Below are positions 34,919 through 51,852 of a DNA stretch of 64,000 bases, piece by piece; the first letter of the stretch is position 1, and the number at the start of each line of letters is the position of its first letter. Source of the DNA: the human T2T-CHM13v2.0 reference genome, Homo sapiens; assembly GCF_009914755.1 (NCBI RefSeq), contig NC_060948.1; one strand, given 5' to 3'. A program made the position numbers and the translations under genes. A model generated the notes under the pieces. The model was not told the DNA's origin. It was given only the letters and a program-made list of their open reading frames with translations, and searched no databases.

Positions 34919-37046
34919 AGATCCATATTTTTTAAATGAAAAAAAATTTCAAAGGTACTCTGCTTGGTACAATAATCAAATGTATAAACTGAGGAATAAA
35001 ACATAACCATGAAACCTACTTATAACTGCATATGGAAAATACAGAGGATAATTTTTTAAATAACATATTTTGAAAGCCTTAACTAGTAATTTGAAGAGTT
35101 GGCATTTGAAAGGCCAGTATGAATATACCTTCAAAGCAGCAACACAGGTTCCCCATGAGAAAAAGCAAACACAGGGAAAATAAAAACACAAAGGTTCAAT
35201 CTCTTCTGACCTTTGAAAGACACAGCACAGACAGTGGTCCTTAGGACGAAGAGCAGGAGACCCCTAATTCCGTCACCATGGCGATAGGGCATAAACATTG
35301 CTGGGTGAGGGCACAATCCACATTGTGAGGTCCAACTGCTGCCAGGAAGACAGGAGTGCTTTTACATAGACCGAAAGGTCATTGAAGGCTCAGAGTTTTC
35401 TTTCAAGAACTGAATCCCAAGCCCACACGTTATTAGGCTGCGCTTCTTAAAACAAGTTATGAGATGGGAAAAAGGGCACCCACAAACATACGTATACATT
35501 ATGTATATAATAATATACAGTATCATATATATAATATATATAACCTATGTATAATATTGTTTTACATCCTGCATCTTATGTTATATATATTGTATAAAAT
35601 ATAATAATTGATAATATATAAGTTTTATAATTATACAATATGACATATAGTATATATTATAATTTATGAAATATATAATATATGTTATATGTCATATATA
35701 GAATATATTATACGGTTAATATACGTATTAAATATAAATTATACATTATATATATTATATATAATATATCTGTTATATATAATACCCATTATGCATAATA
35801 TATATATTATGTCTATGTTATATATAGTATAAAACAACATATAATAATATATAATTGTATATATAAAATGCGACATATAATATATATTATATTTTATAAC
35901 ATATGTAATATATATTATATATTATATATAATACGTTGTATGTATAATACCTATATTAAATATATATTATATGACTATGTTATTAATTACATGTCACATG
36001 TGTTATATATTATATATTTTACATAGAATATACCGGTTACATACAATATATACTATGTTACCTATAATGTATAATTTATTACATGTAAAATAAAGAATGC
36101 AATATATTATGTATAATTTATAATATACCATATGTGGAATGTGATATATATAACATATAATATATGATATATGATATACAGTATATGATATATAACATAC
36201 AATATATGATTCCTAATATATATGGTATACAATATATATTTTATGATATGTATTCTATATGTTTTATATTCTGTTATATATAACTATTTGAAATTATATA
36301 TAACTGTATAATATTTTATGTAAATATGTAATATAATATATATAACTATATAATATATTATATATAACTATATATTATGTTATATATACTTTTATAACAT
36401 AATTTACATAAAATATCATAATATAATATATATTATAATATTTCATATTACATAATATATATTACATATCACCCAATATAACTAACATACATAATATTAT
36501 AATATAGATTATATTGTGTTATATTAAATATCATATATATCATGTATCATATATTCTATAATATATATTACACATTATATAATATGTATGTTGTCTATTA
36601 TGTGATATATATAACTATATATATAATTATATTTTTATACATATAACTAGATAAACATGTAATTCTACATATTTTCATTTATAATATGTAGAATTATATA
36701 ATCATATATAATTATTTATATTCTATAAAAAATTTTATCATTATATAAATTATAATATATAAAAATTATAATATGTACTACAAATATATATATTATATAT
36801 CATATATGATATAGTACCTTTGTTATATTTCATAATACATATAAATGTGTATTATGTTATCTATAATTATATAATTTCATATATAAGATGTATAATATGT
36901 ATCATATATTATATATGTTATGTAATATATATAGTATATATAAGATGACACAGGATAAATATTATATACTATGACATATAAAATATATGAGGTTATATGT
37001 TACATATAAGGCATAGCACATAACATTTAATATATATCATATATAA

Positions 37047-37338
<292 letters not shown>

Positions 37339-39465
37339 AGATCCATATTTTTTAAATGAAAAAAAATTTCAAAGGTACTCTGCTTGGTACAATAATCAAA
37401 TGTATAAACTGAGGAATAAAACATAACCATGAAACCTACTTATAACTGCATATGGAAAATACAGAGGATAATTTTTTAAATAACATATTTTGAAAGCCTT
37501 AACTAGTAATTTGAAGAGTTGGCATTTGAAAGGCCAGTATGAATATACCTTCAAAGCAGCAACACAGGTTCCCCATGAGAAAAAGCAAACACAGGGAAAA
37601 TAAAAACACAAAGGTTCAATCTCTTCTGACCTTTGAAAGACACAGCACAGACAGTGGTCCTTAGGACGAAGAGCAGGAGACCCCTAATTCCGTCACCATG
37701 GCGATAGGGCATAAACATTGCTGGGTGAGGGCACAATCCACATTGTGAGGTCCAACTGCTGCCAGGAAGACAGGAGTGCTTTTACATAGACCGAAAGGTC
37801 ATTGAAGGCTCAGAGTTTTCTTTTAAGAACTGAATCCCAAGCCCACACGTTATTAGGCTGCGCTTCTTAAAACAAGTTATGAGATGGGAAAAAGGGCACC
37901 CACAAACATACGTATACATTATGTATATAATAATATACAGTATCATATATATAATATATATAACCTATGTATAATATTGTTTTACATCCTGCATCTTATG
38001 TTATATATATTGTATAAAATATAATGATTGATAATATATAAGTTTATATTTATACAATATGACTTATAGTATATATTATAATTTATGACATATATAATAT
38101 ATGTTATATGTCATATATAGAATATATTATACGGTTAATATACGTATTAAATATAAATTATACATTATATATATTATATATAATATATCTGTTATATATA
38201 ATACCCATTATGCATAATATATATATTATGTCTATGTTATATATAGTATAAAACAACATATAATAATATATAATTGTATATATAAAATGCGACATATAAT
38301 ATATATTATATTTTATAACATATGTAATATATATTATATATTATATATAATACGTTGTATGTATAATACCTATATTAAATATATATTATATGACTATGTT
38401 ATTAATTACATGTCACATGTGTTATATATTATATATTTTACATAGAATATACCGGTTACATACAATATATACTATGTTACCTATAATGTATAATTTATTA
38501 CATGTAAAATAAAGAATGCAATATATTATGTATAATTTATAATATACCATATGTGGAATGTGATATAAATAACATATAATATATGATATATGATATACAG
38601 TATATGATATATAACATACAATATATGATTCGTAATATATATGGTATACAATATATATTTTATGATATGTATTCTATATGTTTTATATTCTGTTATATAT
38701 AACTACTTGAAATTATATATAACTGTATAATATTTTATGTAAATATGTAATATAATATATATAACTATATAATATATTATATATAACTATATATTATGTT
38801 ATATATACTTTTATAACATAATTTACATAAAATATCATAATATAATATATATTATATTATTTCATATTACATAATATATATTACATATCACCCAATATAA
38901 CTAACATACATAATATTATAATATAGATTATATTGTGTTATATTAAATATCATATATATCATGTATCATATATTCTATAATATATATTACACATTATATA
39001 ATATATATGTTGTCTATTATGTGATATATATAACTATATATATAATTATATTTTTATACATATAACTAGATAAACATGTAATTCTACATATTTTCATTTA
39101 TAATATGTAGAATTATATAATCATATATAATTATTTATATTCTATAAAAAATTTTATCATTATATAAATTATAATATATAAAAATTATAATATGTACTAC
39201 AAATATATATATTATATATCATATATGATATAGTACCTTTGTTATATTTCATAATACATATAAATGTGTATTATGTTATCTATAATTATATAATTTCATA
39301 TATAAGATGTATAATATGTATCATATATTATATATGTTATGTAATATATATAGTATATATAAGATGACACAGGATAAATATTATATACTATGACATATAA
39401 AATATATGAGGTTATATGTTACATATAAGGCATAGCACATAACATGTAATATATATCATATATAA

Positions 39466-39757
39466 TTTTTTTTTAGACAGAATCTCGTCCTGTTGCACAG
39501 GGTGGGGTACAATGGCGCCATCTTTGCTCACTGCAACTTCTGCCTCACGGGTCCAAGCGATTGTCCTCCCTCAGCCTCCCAGGTAGCTGGGACTACACCA
39601 CACTGGGACTACACCAGCTGCCACCATGCCTAGCTAATTATTTGGATTTTTAGTAGTGACAGCGTTTCACTGTATTGGCCAGGATGGTCTTGATCTCTTC
39701 ACCTTGTGATCCCCTTGCCTTGGCCTCCAAATTTGCTGGGATTACAGGCCTGAGCCA
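39466..39757 (-). mobile_element. Alu, unit 17
   Basis: Copy of 765-1056. Confidence 0.93.
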
Positions 39758-41862
39758 AGATCCATATTTTTTAAATGAAAAAAAATTTCAAAGGTACTCT
39801 GCTTGGTACAATAATCAAATGTATAAACTGAGGAATAAAACATAACCATGAAACCTACTTATAACTGCATATGGAAAATACAGAGGATAATTTTTTAAAT
39901 AACATATTTTGAAAGCCTTAACTAGTAATTTGAAGAGCTGGCATTTGAAAGGCCAGTATGAATATACCTTCAAAGCAGCAACACAGGTTCCCCATGAGAA
40001 AAAGCAAACACAGGGAAAATAAAAACACAAAGGTTCAATCTCTTCTGACCTTTGAAAGACACAGCACAGACAGTGGTCCTTAGGACGAAGAGCAGGAGAC
40101 CCCTAATTCCGTCACCATGGCGATAGGGCATAAACATTGCTGGGTGAGGGCACAATCCACATTGTGAGGTCCAACTGCTGCCAGGAAGACAGGAGTGCTT
40201 TTACATAGACCGAAAGGTCATTGAAGGCTCAGAGTTTTGTTTCAAGAACTGAATCCCAAGCCCACACGTTATTAGGCTGCGCTTCTTAAAACAAGTTATG
40301 AGATGGGAAAAAGGGCACCCACAAACATACGTATACATTATGTATATAATAATATACAGTATCATATATATAATATATATACCCTATGTATAATATTGTT
40401 TTACATCCTGCATCTTATGTTATATATATTGTATAAAATATAATAATTGATAATATATAAGTTTTATAAGTATACAATATGACATATAGTATATATTATA
40501 ATTTATGACATATATAATATATGTTATATGTCATATATAGAGTATATTATACGGTTAATATACGTATTAAATATAAGTTATACATTATATATATTATATA
40601 TAATATATCTGTTATATATAATACCCATTATGCATAATATATATATTATGTCTATGTTATATATAGTATAAAACAACATATAATAATATATAATTGTATA
40701 TATAAAATGCGACATATAATATATATTATATTTTATTACATATGTAATATATATTATATATTATATATAATACGTTGTATGTATAATACCTATATTAAAT
40801 ATATATTATATGACTATGGTATTAATTACATGTCACATGTGTTATATATTATATATTTTACATAGAATATACCGGTTACATACAATATATACTATGTTAC
40901 CTATAATGTATAATTTATTACATGTAAAATAAAGAATGCAATATATTATGTAAAATTTATAATATACCATATGTGGAATGTGATATATATAACATATAAT
41001 ATATGATATATGATGTACAGTATATGATATATAACATACAATATATGATTCCTAATATATATGGTATACAATATATATTTTATGTTATGTATTCTATATG
41101 TTTTATATTCTGTTATATATAACTATTTGAAATTATATATAACTGTATAATATTTTATGTAAATATGTAATATAATATATATAACTATATAATATATTAT
41201 ATATAACTATATATTATGTTATATATACTTTTATAACATAATTTACATAAAATATCATAATATAATATATGTTATATTAATTCATATTACATAATATATA
41301 TTACATATCACCCAATATAACTAACATACATAATATTATAATATAGATTATATTATGTTATATTAAATATCATATATATCATGTATCATATATTCTATAA
41401 TATATATTACACCTTATATAATATGTATGTTGTCTATTATGTGATATATATAACTATATATATAATTATATTTTTATACATATAACTAGATAAACATGTA
41501 ATTCTACATATTTCCATTTATAATATGTAGAATTATATAATCATATATAATTATTTATATTCTATAAAAAATTTTATCATTATATAAATTATAATATATA
41601 AAAATTATAATATGTACTACAAATATATATATTATATATCATATATGATATAGTACCTTTGTTATATATCATAATACATATAAAGGTGTATTATGTTATC
41701 TATAATTATATAATTTCATATATAAGATGTATAATATGTATCATATATTATATATGTTATGTAATATATATAGTATATATAAGATGACACAGGATAAATA
41801 TTATATACTATGACATATAAAATATATGAGGTTATATGTTACATATAAGGCATAGCACATAA

Positions 41863-42177
<315 letters not shown>

Positions 42178-44303
42178 AGATTCATATTTTTTAAATGAAA
42201 AAAAATTTCAAAGGTACTCTGCTTGGTACAATAATCAAATGTATAAACTGAGGAATAAAACATAACCATGAAACCTACTTATAACTGCATATGGAAAATA
42301 CAGAGGATAATTTTTTAAATAACATATTTTGAAAGCCTTAACTAGTAATTTGAAGAGCTGGCATTTGAAAGGCCAGTATGAATATACCTTCAAAGCAGCA
42401 ACACAGGTTCCCCATGAGAAAAAGCAAACACAGGGAAAATAAAAACACAAAGGTTCAATCTCTTCTGACCTTTGAAAGACACAGCACAGACAGTGGTCCT
42501 TAGGACGAAGAGCAGGAGACCCCTAATTCCGTCACCATGGCGATAGGGCATAAACATTGCTGGGTGAGGGCACAATCCACATTGTGAGGTCCAACTGCTG
42601 CCAGGAAGACAGGAGTGCTTTTACATAGACCGAAAGGTCATTGAAGGCTCAGAGTTTTCTTTCAAGAACTGAATCCCAAGCCCACACGTTATTAGGCTGC
42701 GCTTCTTAAAACAAGTTATGAGATGGGAAAAAGGGCACCCACAAACATACGTATACATTATGTATATAATAATATACAGTATCATATATATAATATATAT
42801 AACCTATGTATAATATTGTTTTACATCCTACATCTTATGTTATATATATTGTATAAAATATAATAATTGATAATATATAAGTTTTATAATTATACAACAT
42901 GACATATAGTATATATTATAATTTATGACATATATAATATATGTTATATATCATATATAGAATATATTATACGGTTAATATACGTATTAAATATAAATTA
43001 TACATTATATATATTATATATAATATATCTGTTATATATAATACCCATTATGCATAATATATATATTATGTCTATGTTATATATAGTATAAAACAACATA
43101 TAATAATATATAATTGTATATATAAAATGCGACATATAATATATATTATATTTTATAACATATGTAATATATATTATATATTATATATAATACGTTGTAT
43201 GTATAATACCAATATTAAATATATATTATATGACTATGTTATTAATTACATGTCACATGTGTTATATATTATATATTTTACATAGAATATACCGGTTACA
43301 TACAATATATACTATGTTACCTATAATGTATAATTTATTACATGTAAAATAAACAATGCAATATATTATGTATAATATATAATATACCATATGTGGAATG
43401 TGATATATATAACATATAATATATGATATATGATATACAGTATATGATATATAACATACAATATATGATTCCTAATATATATGGTATACAATATATATTT
43501 TATGATATGTATTCTATATGTTTTATATTCTGTTATATATAACTATTTGAAACTATATATAACTGTATAATATTTTATGTAAATATGTAATATAATATAT
43601 ATAACTATATAATATATTATATATAACTATATATTATGTTATATATACTTTTATAACATAATTTACATAAAATATCATAATATAATATATATTATATTAT
43701 TTCATATTACATAATATATATTACATATCACCCAATATAACTAACATACATAATATTATAATATAGATTATATTGTGTTATATTAAATATCATATATATC
43801 ATGTATCATATATTCTATAATATGTATTACACATTATATAATATGTATGATGTCTATTATGTGATATATATAACTATATATAATTATATTTTTATACATA
43901 TAACTAGATAAACATGTAATTCTACATATTTTCATTTATAATATGTAGAATTATATAATCATATATAATTATTTATATTCTATAAAAAATTTTATCATTA
44001 TATAAATTATAATATATAAAAATTATAATATGTACTACAAATATATATATTATATATCATATATGATATAGTACCATTGTTATATTTCATAATACATATA
44101 AATGTGTATTATGTTATCTATAATTATATAATTTCATATATAAGATGTATAATGTGTATCATAAATTATATATGTTATGTAATATATATAGTATATATAA
44201 GATGACACAGGATAAATATTATATACTATGACATATAAAATATATGAGGTTATATGTTACATATAAGGCATAGCACATAACATGTAATATATATCATATA
44301 TAA

Positions 44304-44595
44304 TTTTTTTTTAGACAGAATCTTGTCCTGTTGCACAGGGTGGGGTACAATGGCGCCATCTTTGCTCACTGCAACTTCTGCCTCACGGTTCCAAGCGATT
44401 GTCCTCCCTCAGCCTCCCAGGTAGCTGGGACTACACCACACTGGGACTACACCAGCTGCCACCATGCCTAGCTAATTTTTTGGATTTTTACTAGTGACAG
44501 CGTTTCACTGTATTGGCCAGGATGGTCTTGATCTCTTCACCTTGTGATCCCCTTGCCTTGGCCTCCAAATTTGCTGGGATTACAGGCCTGAGCCA
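44304..44595 (-). mobile_element. Alu, unit 19
   Basis: Copy of 765-1056. Confidence 0.93.
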
Positions 44596-46722
44596 AGATC
44601 CATATTTTTTAAATGAAAAAAAATTTCAAACGTACTCTGCTTGGTACAATAATCAAATGTATAAACTGAGGAATAAAACATAACCATGAAACCTACTTAT
44701 AACTGCATATGGAAAATACAGAGGATAATTTTTTAAATAACATATTTTGAAAGCCTTAACTAGTAATTTGAAGAGTTGGCATTTGAAAGGCCAGTATGAA
44801 TATACCTTCAAAGCAGCAACACAGGTTCCCCATGAGAAAAAGCAAACACAGGGAAAATAAAAACACAAAGGTTCAATCTCTTCTGACCTTTGAAAGACAC
44901 AGCACAGACAGTGGTCCTTAGGACGAAGAGCAGGAGACCCCTAATTCCGTCACCATGGCGATAGGGCATAAACATTGCTGGGTGAGGGCACAATCCACAT
45001 TGTGAGGTCCAACTGCTGCCAGGAAGACAGGAGTGCTTTTACATAGACCGAAAGGTCATTGAAGGCTCAGAGTTTTGTTTCAAGAACTGAATCCCAAGCC
45101 CACACGTTATTAGGCTGCGCTTCTTAAAACAAGTTATGAGATGGGAAAAAGGGCACCCACAAACATACGTATACATTATGTATATAATAATATACAGTAT
45201 CATATATATAATATATATAACCTATGTATAATATTGTTTTACATCCTGCATCTTATGTTATATATATTGTATAAAATATAATAATTGATAATATATAAGT
45301 TTATATTTATACAATATGACATATAGTATATATTATAATTTATGACATATATAATATATGTTATATGTCATATATAGAATATATTATACGGTTAATATAC
45401 GTATTAAATATAAATTATACATTATATATATTATATATAATATATCTGTTATATATAATACCCATTATGCATAATATATATATTATGTCTATGTTATATA
45501 TAGTATAAAACAACATATAATAATATATAATTGTATATATAAAATGCGACATATAATATATATTATATTTTATAACATATGTAATATATATTATATATTA
45601 TATATAATACGTTGTATGTATAATACCTATATTAAATATATATTATATGACTATGTTATTAATTACATGTCACATGTGTTATATATTATATATTTTACAT
45701 AGAATATACCGGTTACATACAATATATACTATGTTACCTATAATGTATAATTTATTACATGTAAAATAAACAATGCAATATATTATGTATAATTTATAAT
45801 ATACAATATGTGGAATGTGATATATATAACATATAATATATGATATATGATATACAGTATATGATATATAACATACAATATATGATTGCTAATATATATG
45901 GTATACAATATATATTTTATGATATGTATTCTATATGTTTTATATTCTGTTATATATAACTATTTGAAATTATATATAACTGTATAATATTTTATGTAAA
46001 TATGTAATATAATATATATAACTATATAATATATTATATATAACTATATATTATGTTATATATACTTTTATAACATAATTTACATAAAATATCATAATAT
46101 AATATATATTATATTATTTCATATTACATAATATATATTACATATCACCCAATATAACTAACATACATAATATTATAATATAGATTATATTGTGTTATAT
46201 TAAATATCATATATATCATGTATCATATATTCTATAATATATATTACACATTATATAATATGTATGTTGTCTATTATGTGATATATATAACTATATATAT
46301 AATTATATTTTTATACATATAACTAGATAAACATGTAATTCTACATATTTTCATTTATAATATGTATAATTATATAATCATATATAATTATTTATATTCT
46401 ATAAAAAATTTTATCATTATATAAATTATAATATATAAAAATTATAATATGTACTACAAATATATATATTATATATCATATATGATATAGTACTATTGTT
46501 ATATTTCATAATACATATAAATGTGTATTATGTTATCTATAATTATATAATTTCATATATAAGATGTATAATATGTATCATAAATTATATATGTTGTGTA
46601 ATATATATAGTATATATAAGATGACACAGGATAAATATTATATACTATGACATATAAAATATATGAGGTTATATGTTACATATAAGGCATAGCACATAAC
46701 ATGTAATATATATCATATATAA

Positions 46723-47014
46723 TTTTTTTTTAGACAGAATCTTGTCCTGTTGCACAGGGTGGGGTACAATGGCGCCATCTTTGCTGACTGCAAATTCTGC
46801 CTCACGGGTCCAAGCGATTGTCCTCCCTCAGCCTCCCAGGTAGCTGGGACTACACCACACTGGGACTACACCAGCTGCCACCATGCCTAGCTAATTTTTT
46901 GGATTTTTAGTAGTGACAGCGTTTCACTGTATTGGCCAGGATGGTCTTGATCTCTTCACCTTGTGATCCCCTTGCCTTGGCCTCCAAATTTGCTGGGATT
47001 ACAGGCCTGAGCCA
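46723..47014 (-). mobile_element. Alu, unit 20
   Basis: Copy of 765-1056; shares gctgactgcaaatt with units 1 and 3. Confidence 0.93.
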
Positions 47015-49140
47015 AGATCCATATTTTTTAAATGAAAAAAAATTTCAAAGGTACTCTGCTTGGTACAATAATCAAATGTATAAACTGAGGAATAAAACAT
47101 AACCATGAAACCTACTTATAACTGCATATGGAAAATACAGAGGATAATTTTTTAAATAACATATTTTGAAAGCCTTAACTAGTAATTTGAAGAGTTGGCA
47201 TTTGAAAGGCCAGTATGAATATACCTTCAAAGCAGCAACACAGGTTCCCCATGAGAAAAAGCAAACACAGGGAAAATAAAAACACAAAGGTTCAATCTCT
47301 TCTGACCTTTGAAAGACACAGCACAGACAGTGGTCCTTAGGACGAAGAGCAGGAGACCCCTAATTCCGTCACCATGGCGATAGGGCATAAACATTGCTGG
47401 GTGAGGGCACAATCCACATTGTGAGGTCCAACTGCTGCCAGGAAGACAGGAGTGCTTTTACATAGACCGAAAGGTCATTGAAGGCTCAGAGTTTTGTTTC
47501 AAGAACTGAATCCCAAGCCCACACGTTATTAGGCTGCGCTTCTTAAAACAAGTTATGAGATGGGAAAAAGGGCACCCACAAACATACGTATACATTATGT
47601 ATATAATAATATACAGTATCATATATATAATATATATAACCTATGTATAATATTGTTTTACATCCTGCATCTTATGTTATATATATTGTATAAAATATAA
47701 TAATTGATAATATATAAGTTTTATAATTATACAATATGACATATAGTATATATTATAATTTATGACATATATAATATATGTTATATGTCATATATAGAAT
47801 ATATTATACGGTTAATATACGTATTAAATATAAATTATACATTATATATATTATATATAATATATCTGTTATATATAATACCCATTATGCATAATATATA
47901 TATTATGTCTATGTTATATATAGTATAAAACAACATATAATAATATATAATTGTATATATAAAATGCGACATATAATATATATTATATTTTATAACATAT
48001 GTAATATATATTATATATTATATATAATACGTTGTCTGTATAATACCTATATTAAATATATATTATATGACTATGTTATTAATTACATGTCACATGTGTT
48101 ATATATTATATATTTTACATAGAATATACCGGTTACATACAATATATACTATGTTACCTATAATGTATAATTTATTACATGTAAAATAAAGAATGCAATA
48201 TATTATGTAAAATTTATAATATACCATATGTGGAATGTGATATATATAACATATAATATATGATATATGATATACAGTATATGATATATAACATACAATA
48301 TATGATTCCTAATATATATGGTATACAATATATATTTTATGATATGTATTCTTTATGTTTTATATTCTGTTATATATAACTATTTGAAATTATATATAAC
48401 TGTATAATATTTTATGTAAATATGTAATATAATATATATAACTATATAATATATTATATATAACTATATATTATGTTATATATACTTTTATAACATAATT
48501 TACATAAAATATCATAATATAATATATATTATATTATTTCATATTACATAATATATATTACATATCACCCAATATAACTAACATACATAATATTATAATA
48601 TAGATTATATTATGTTATATTAAATATCATATATATCATGTATCATATATTCTATAATATATATTACACATTATATAATATGTATGTTGTCTATTATGTG
48701 ATATATATAACTATATATAATTATATTTTTATACATATAACTAGATAAACATGTAATTCTACATATTTTCGTTTATAATATGTAGAATTATATAATCATA
48801 TATAATTATTTATATTCTATAAAATATTTTATCATTATATAAATTATAATATATAAAAATTATAATATGTACTACAAATATATATATTATATATCATATA
48901 TGCTATAGTACCTTTGTTATATATCATAATACATATAAATGTGTATTATGTTATCTATAATTATATAATTTCATATATAAGATGTATAATGTGTATCATA
49001 TACTATATATGTTATGTAATCTATATAGTATATATAAGATGACACAGGATAAATATTATATACTATGACATATAAAATATATGAGGTTATATGTTACATA
49101 TAAGGCATAGCACATAACATGTAATATATATCATATATAA

Positions 49141-49432
49141 TTTTTTTTTAGACAGAATCTTGTCCTGTTGCACAGGGTGGGGTACAATGGCGCCATCTTT
49201 GCTCACTGCATCTTCTGCCTCACGGGTCCAAGCGATTGTCCTCCCTCAGCCTCCCAGGTAGCTGGGACTACACCACACTGGGACTACACCAGCTGCCACC
49301 ATGCCTAGCTAATTATTTGGATTTTTAGTAGTGACAGCGTTTCACTGTATTGGCCAGGATGGTCTTGACCTCTTCACCTTGTGATCCCCTTGCCTTGGCC
49401 TCCAAATTTGCTGGGATTACAGGCCTGAGCCA
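49141..49432 (-). mobile_element. Alu, unit 21 (W haplotype)
   Basis: Copy of 765-1056 with gcatct and ttgacctc variants. Confidence 0.93.
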
Positions 49433-51560
49433 AGATCCATATTTTTTAAATGAAAAAAAATTTCAAAGGTACTCTGCTTGGTACAATAATCAAATGTATA
49501 AACTGAGGAATAAAACATAACCATGAAACCTACTTATAACTGCATATGGAAAATACAGAGGATAATTTTTTAAATAACATATTTTGAAAGCCTTAACTAG
49601 TAATTTGAAGAGCTGGCATTTGAAAGGCCAGTATGAATATACCTTCAAAGCAGCAACACAGGTTCCCCATGAGAAAAAGCAAACACAGGGAAAATAAAAC
49701 CACAAAGGTTCAATCTCTACTGACCTTTGAAAGACACAGCACAGACAGTGGTCCTTAGGACGAAGAGCAGGAGACCCCTAATTCCGTCACCATGGCGATA
49801 GGGCATAAACATTGCTGGGTGAGGGCACAATCCACATTGTGAGGTCCAACTGCTGCCAGGAAGACAGGAGTGCTTTTACATAGACCGAAAGGTCATTGAA
49901 GGCTCAGAGTTTTCTTTCAAGAACTGAATCCCAAGCCCACACGTTATTAGGCTGCGCTTCTTAAAACAAGTTATGAGATGGGAAAAAGGGCACCCACAAA
50001 CATACGTATACATTATGTATATAATAATATACAGTATCATATATATAATATATATAACCTATGTATAATATTGTTTTACATCCTGCATCTTATGTTATAT
50101 ATATTGTATAAAATATAATAATTGATAATATATAAGTTTTATAATTATACAATATGACATATAGTATATATTATAATTTATGACATATATAATATATGTT
50201 ATATGTCATATATAGAATATATTATACGGTTAATATACGTATTAAATATAAATTATACATTATATATATTATATATAATATATCTGTTATATATAATACC
50301 CATTATGCATAATATATATATTATGTCTATGTTATATATAGTATAAAACAACATATAATAATATATAATTGTATATATAAAATGCGACATATAATATATA
50401 TTATATTTTATAACATATGTAATATATATTATATATTATATATAATACGTTGTATGTATAATACCTATATTAAATATATATTATATGACTATGTTATTAA
50501 TTACATGTTACATGTGTTATATATTATATATTTTACATAGAATATGCCGGTTACATACAATATATACTATGTTACGTATAATGTATAATTTATTACATGT
50601 AAAATAAAGAATGCAATATATTATGTAAAATTTATAATATACCATATGTGGAATGTGATATATATAACATTTAATATATGATATATGATGTACAGTATAT
50701 GATATATAACATACAATATATGATTCCTAATATATATGGTATACAATATATATTTTATGATATGTATTCTATATGTTTTATATTCTGTTATATATAACTA
50801 TTTGAAATTATATATAACTGTATAATATTTTATGTAAATATGTAATATAATATATATAACTATATAATATATTATATATAACTATATATTATGTTATATA
50901 TACTTTTATAACATAATTTACATAAAATATCATAATATAATATATATTATATTATTTCATATTACATAAAATATATTACATATCACCCAATATAACTAAC
51001 ATACATAATATTATAATATAGATTATATTATGTTATAATAAATATCATATATATCATATATCATATATTCTATAATATATATTACACATTATATAATATG
51101 TATGTTGTCTATTATGTGATATATATAACTATATATATAATTATATTTGTATACATATAACTAGATAAACATGTAATTCTACATATTTTCATTTATAATA
51201 TGTAGAATTATATAATCATATATAATTATTTATATTCTATAAAAAATTTTATCATTATATAAATTATAATATATAAAAATTATAATATGTACTACAAATA
51301 TATATATTATATATCATATATGATATAGTACCTTTGTTATATATCATAATACATATAAATGTGTATTATGTTATCTATAATTATATAATTTCATATATAA
51401 GTTGTATAATATGTATCATATATTATATATGTTATGTAATATATATAGTATATATAAGATGACACAGGATAAATATTATATACTATGACATATAAAATAT
51501 ATGAGGTTATATGTTACATATAAGGCATAGCACATAACATGTAATATATATCATATATAA

Positions 51561-51852
51561 TTTTTTTTTAGACAGAATCTTGTCCTGTTGCACAGGGTGG
51601 GGTACAATGGCGCCATCTTTGCTCACTGCAAATTCTGCCTCACGGGTCCAAGCGATTGTCCTCCCTCAGCCTCCCAGGTAGCTGGGACTACACCACACTG
51701 GGACTACACCAGCTGCCACCATGCCTAGCTAATTATTTGGATTTTTAGTAGTGACAGCGTTTCACTGTATTGGCCAGGATGGTCTTGATCTCTTCACCTT
51801 GTGATCCCCTTGCCTTGGCCTCCAAATTTGCTGGGATTACAGGCCTGAGCCA
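51561..51852 (-). mobile_element. Alu, unit 22
   Basis: Copy of 765-1056. Confidence 0.93.
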
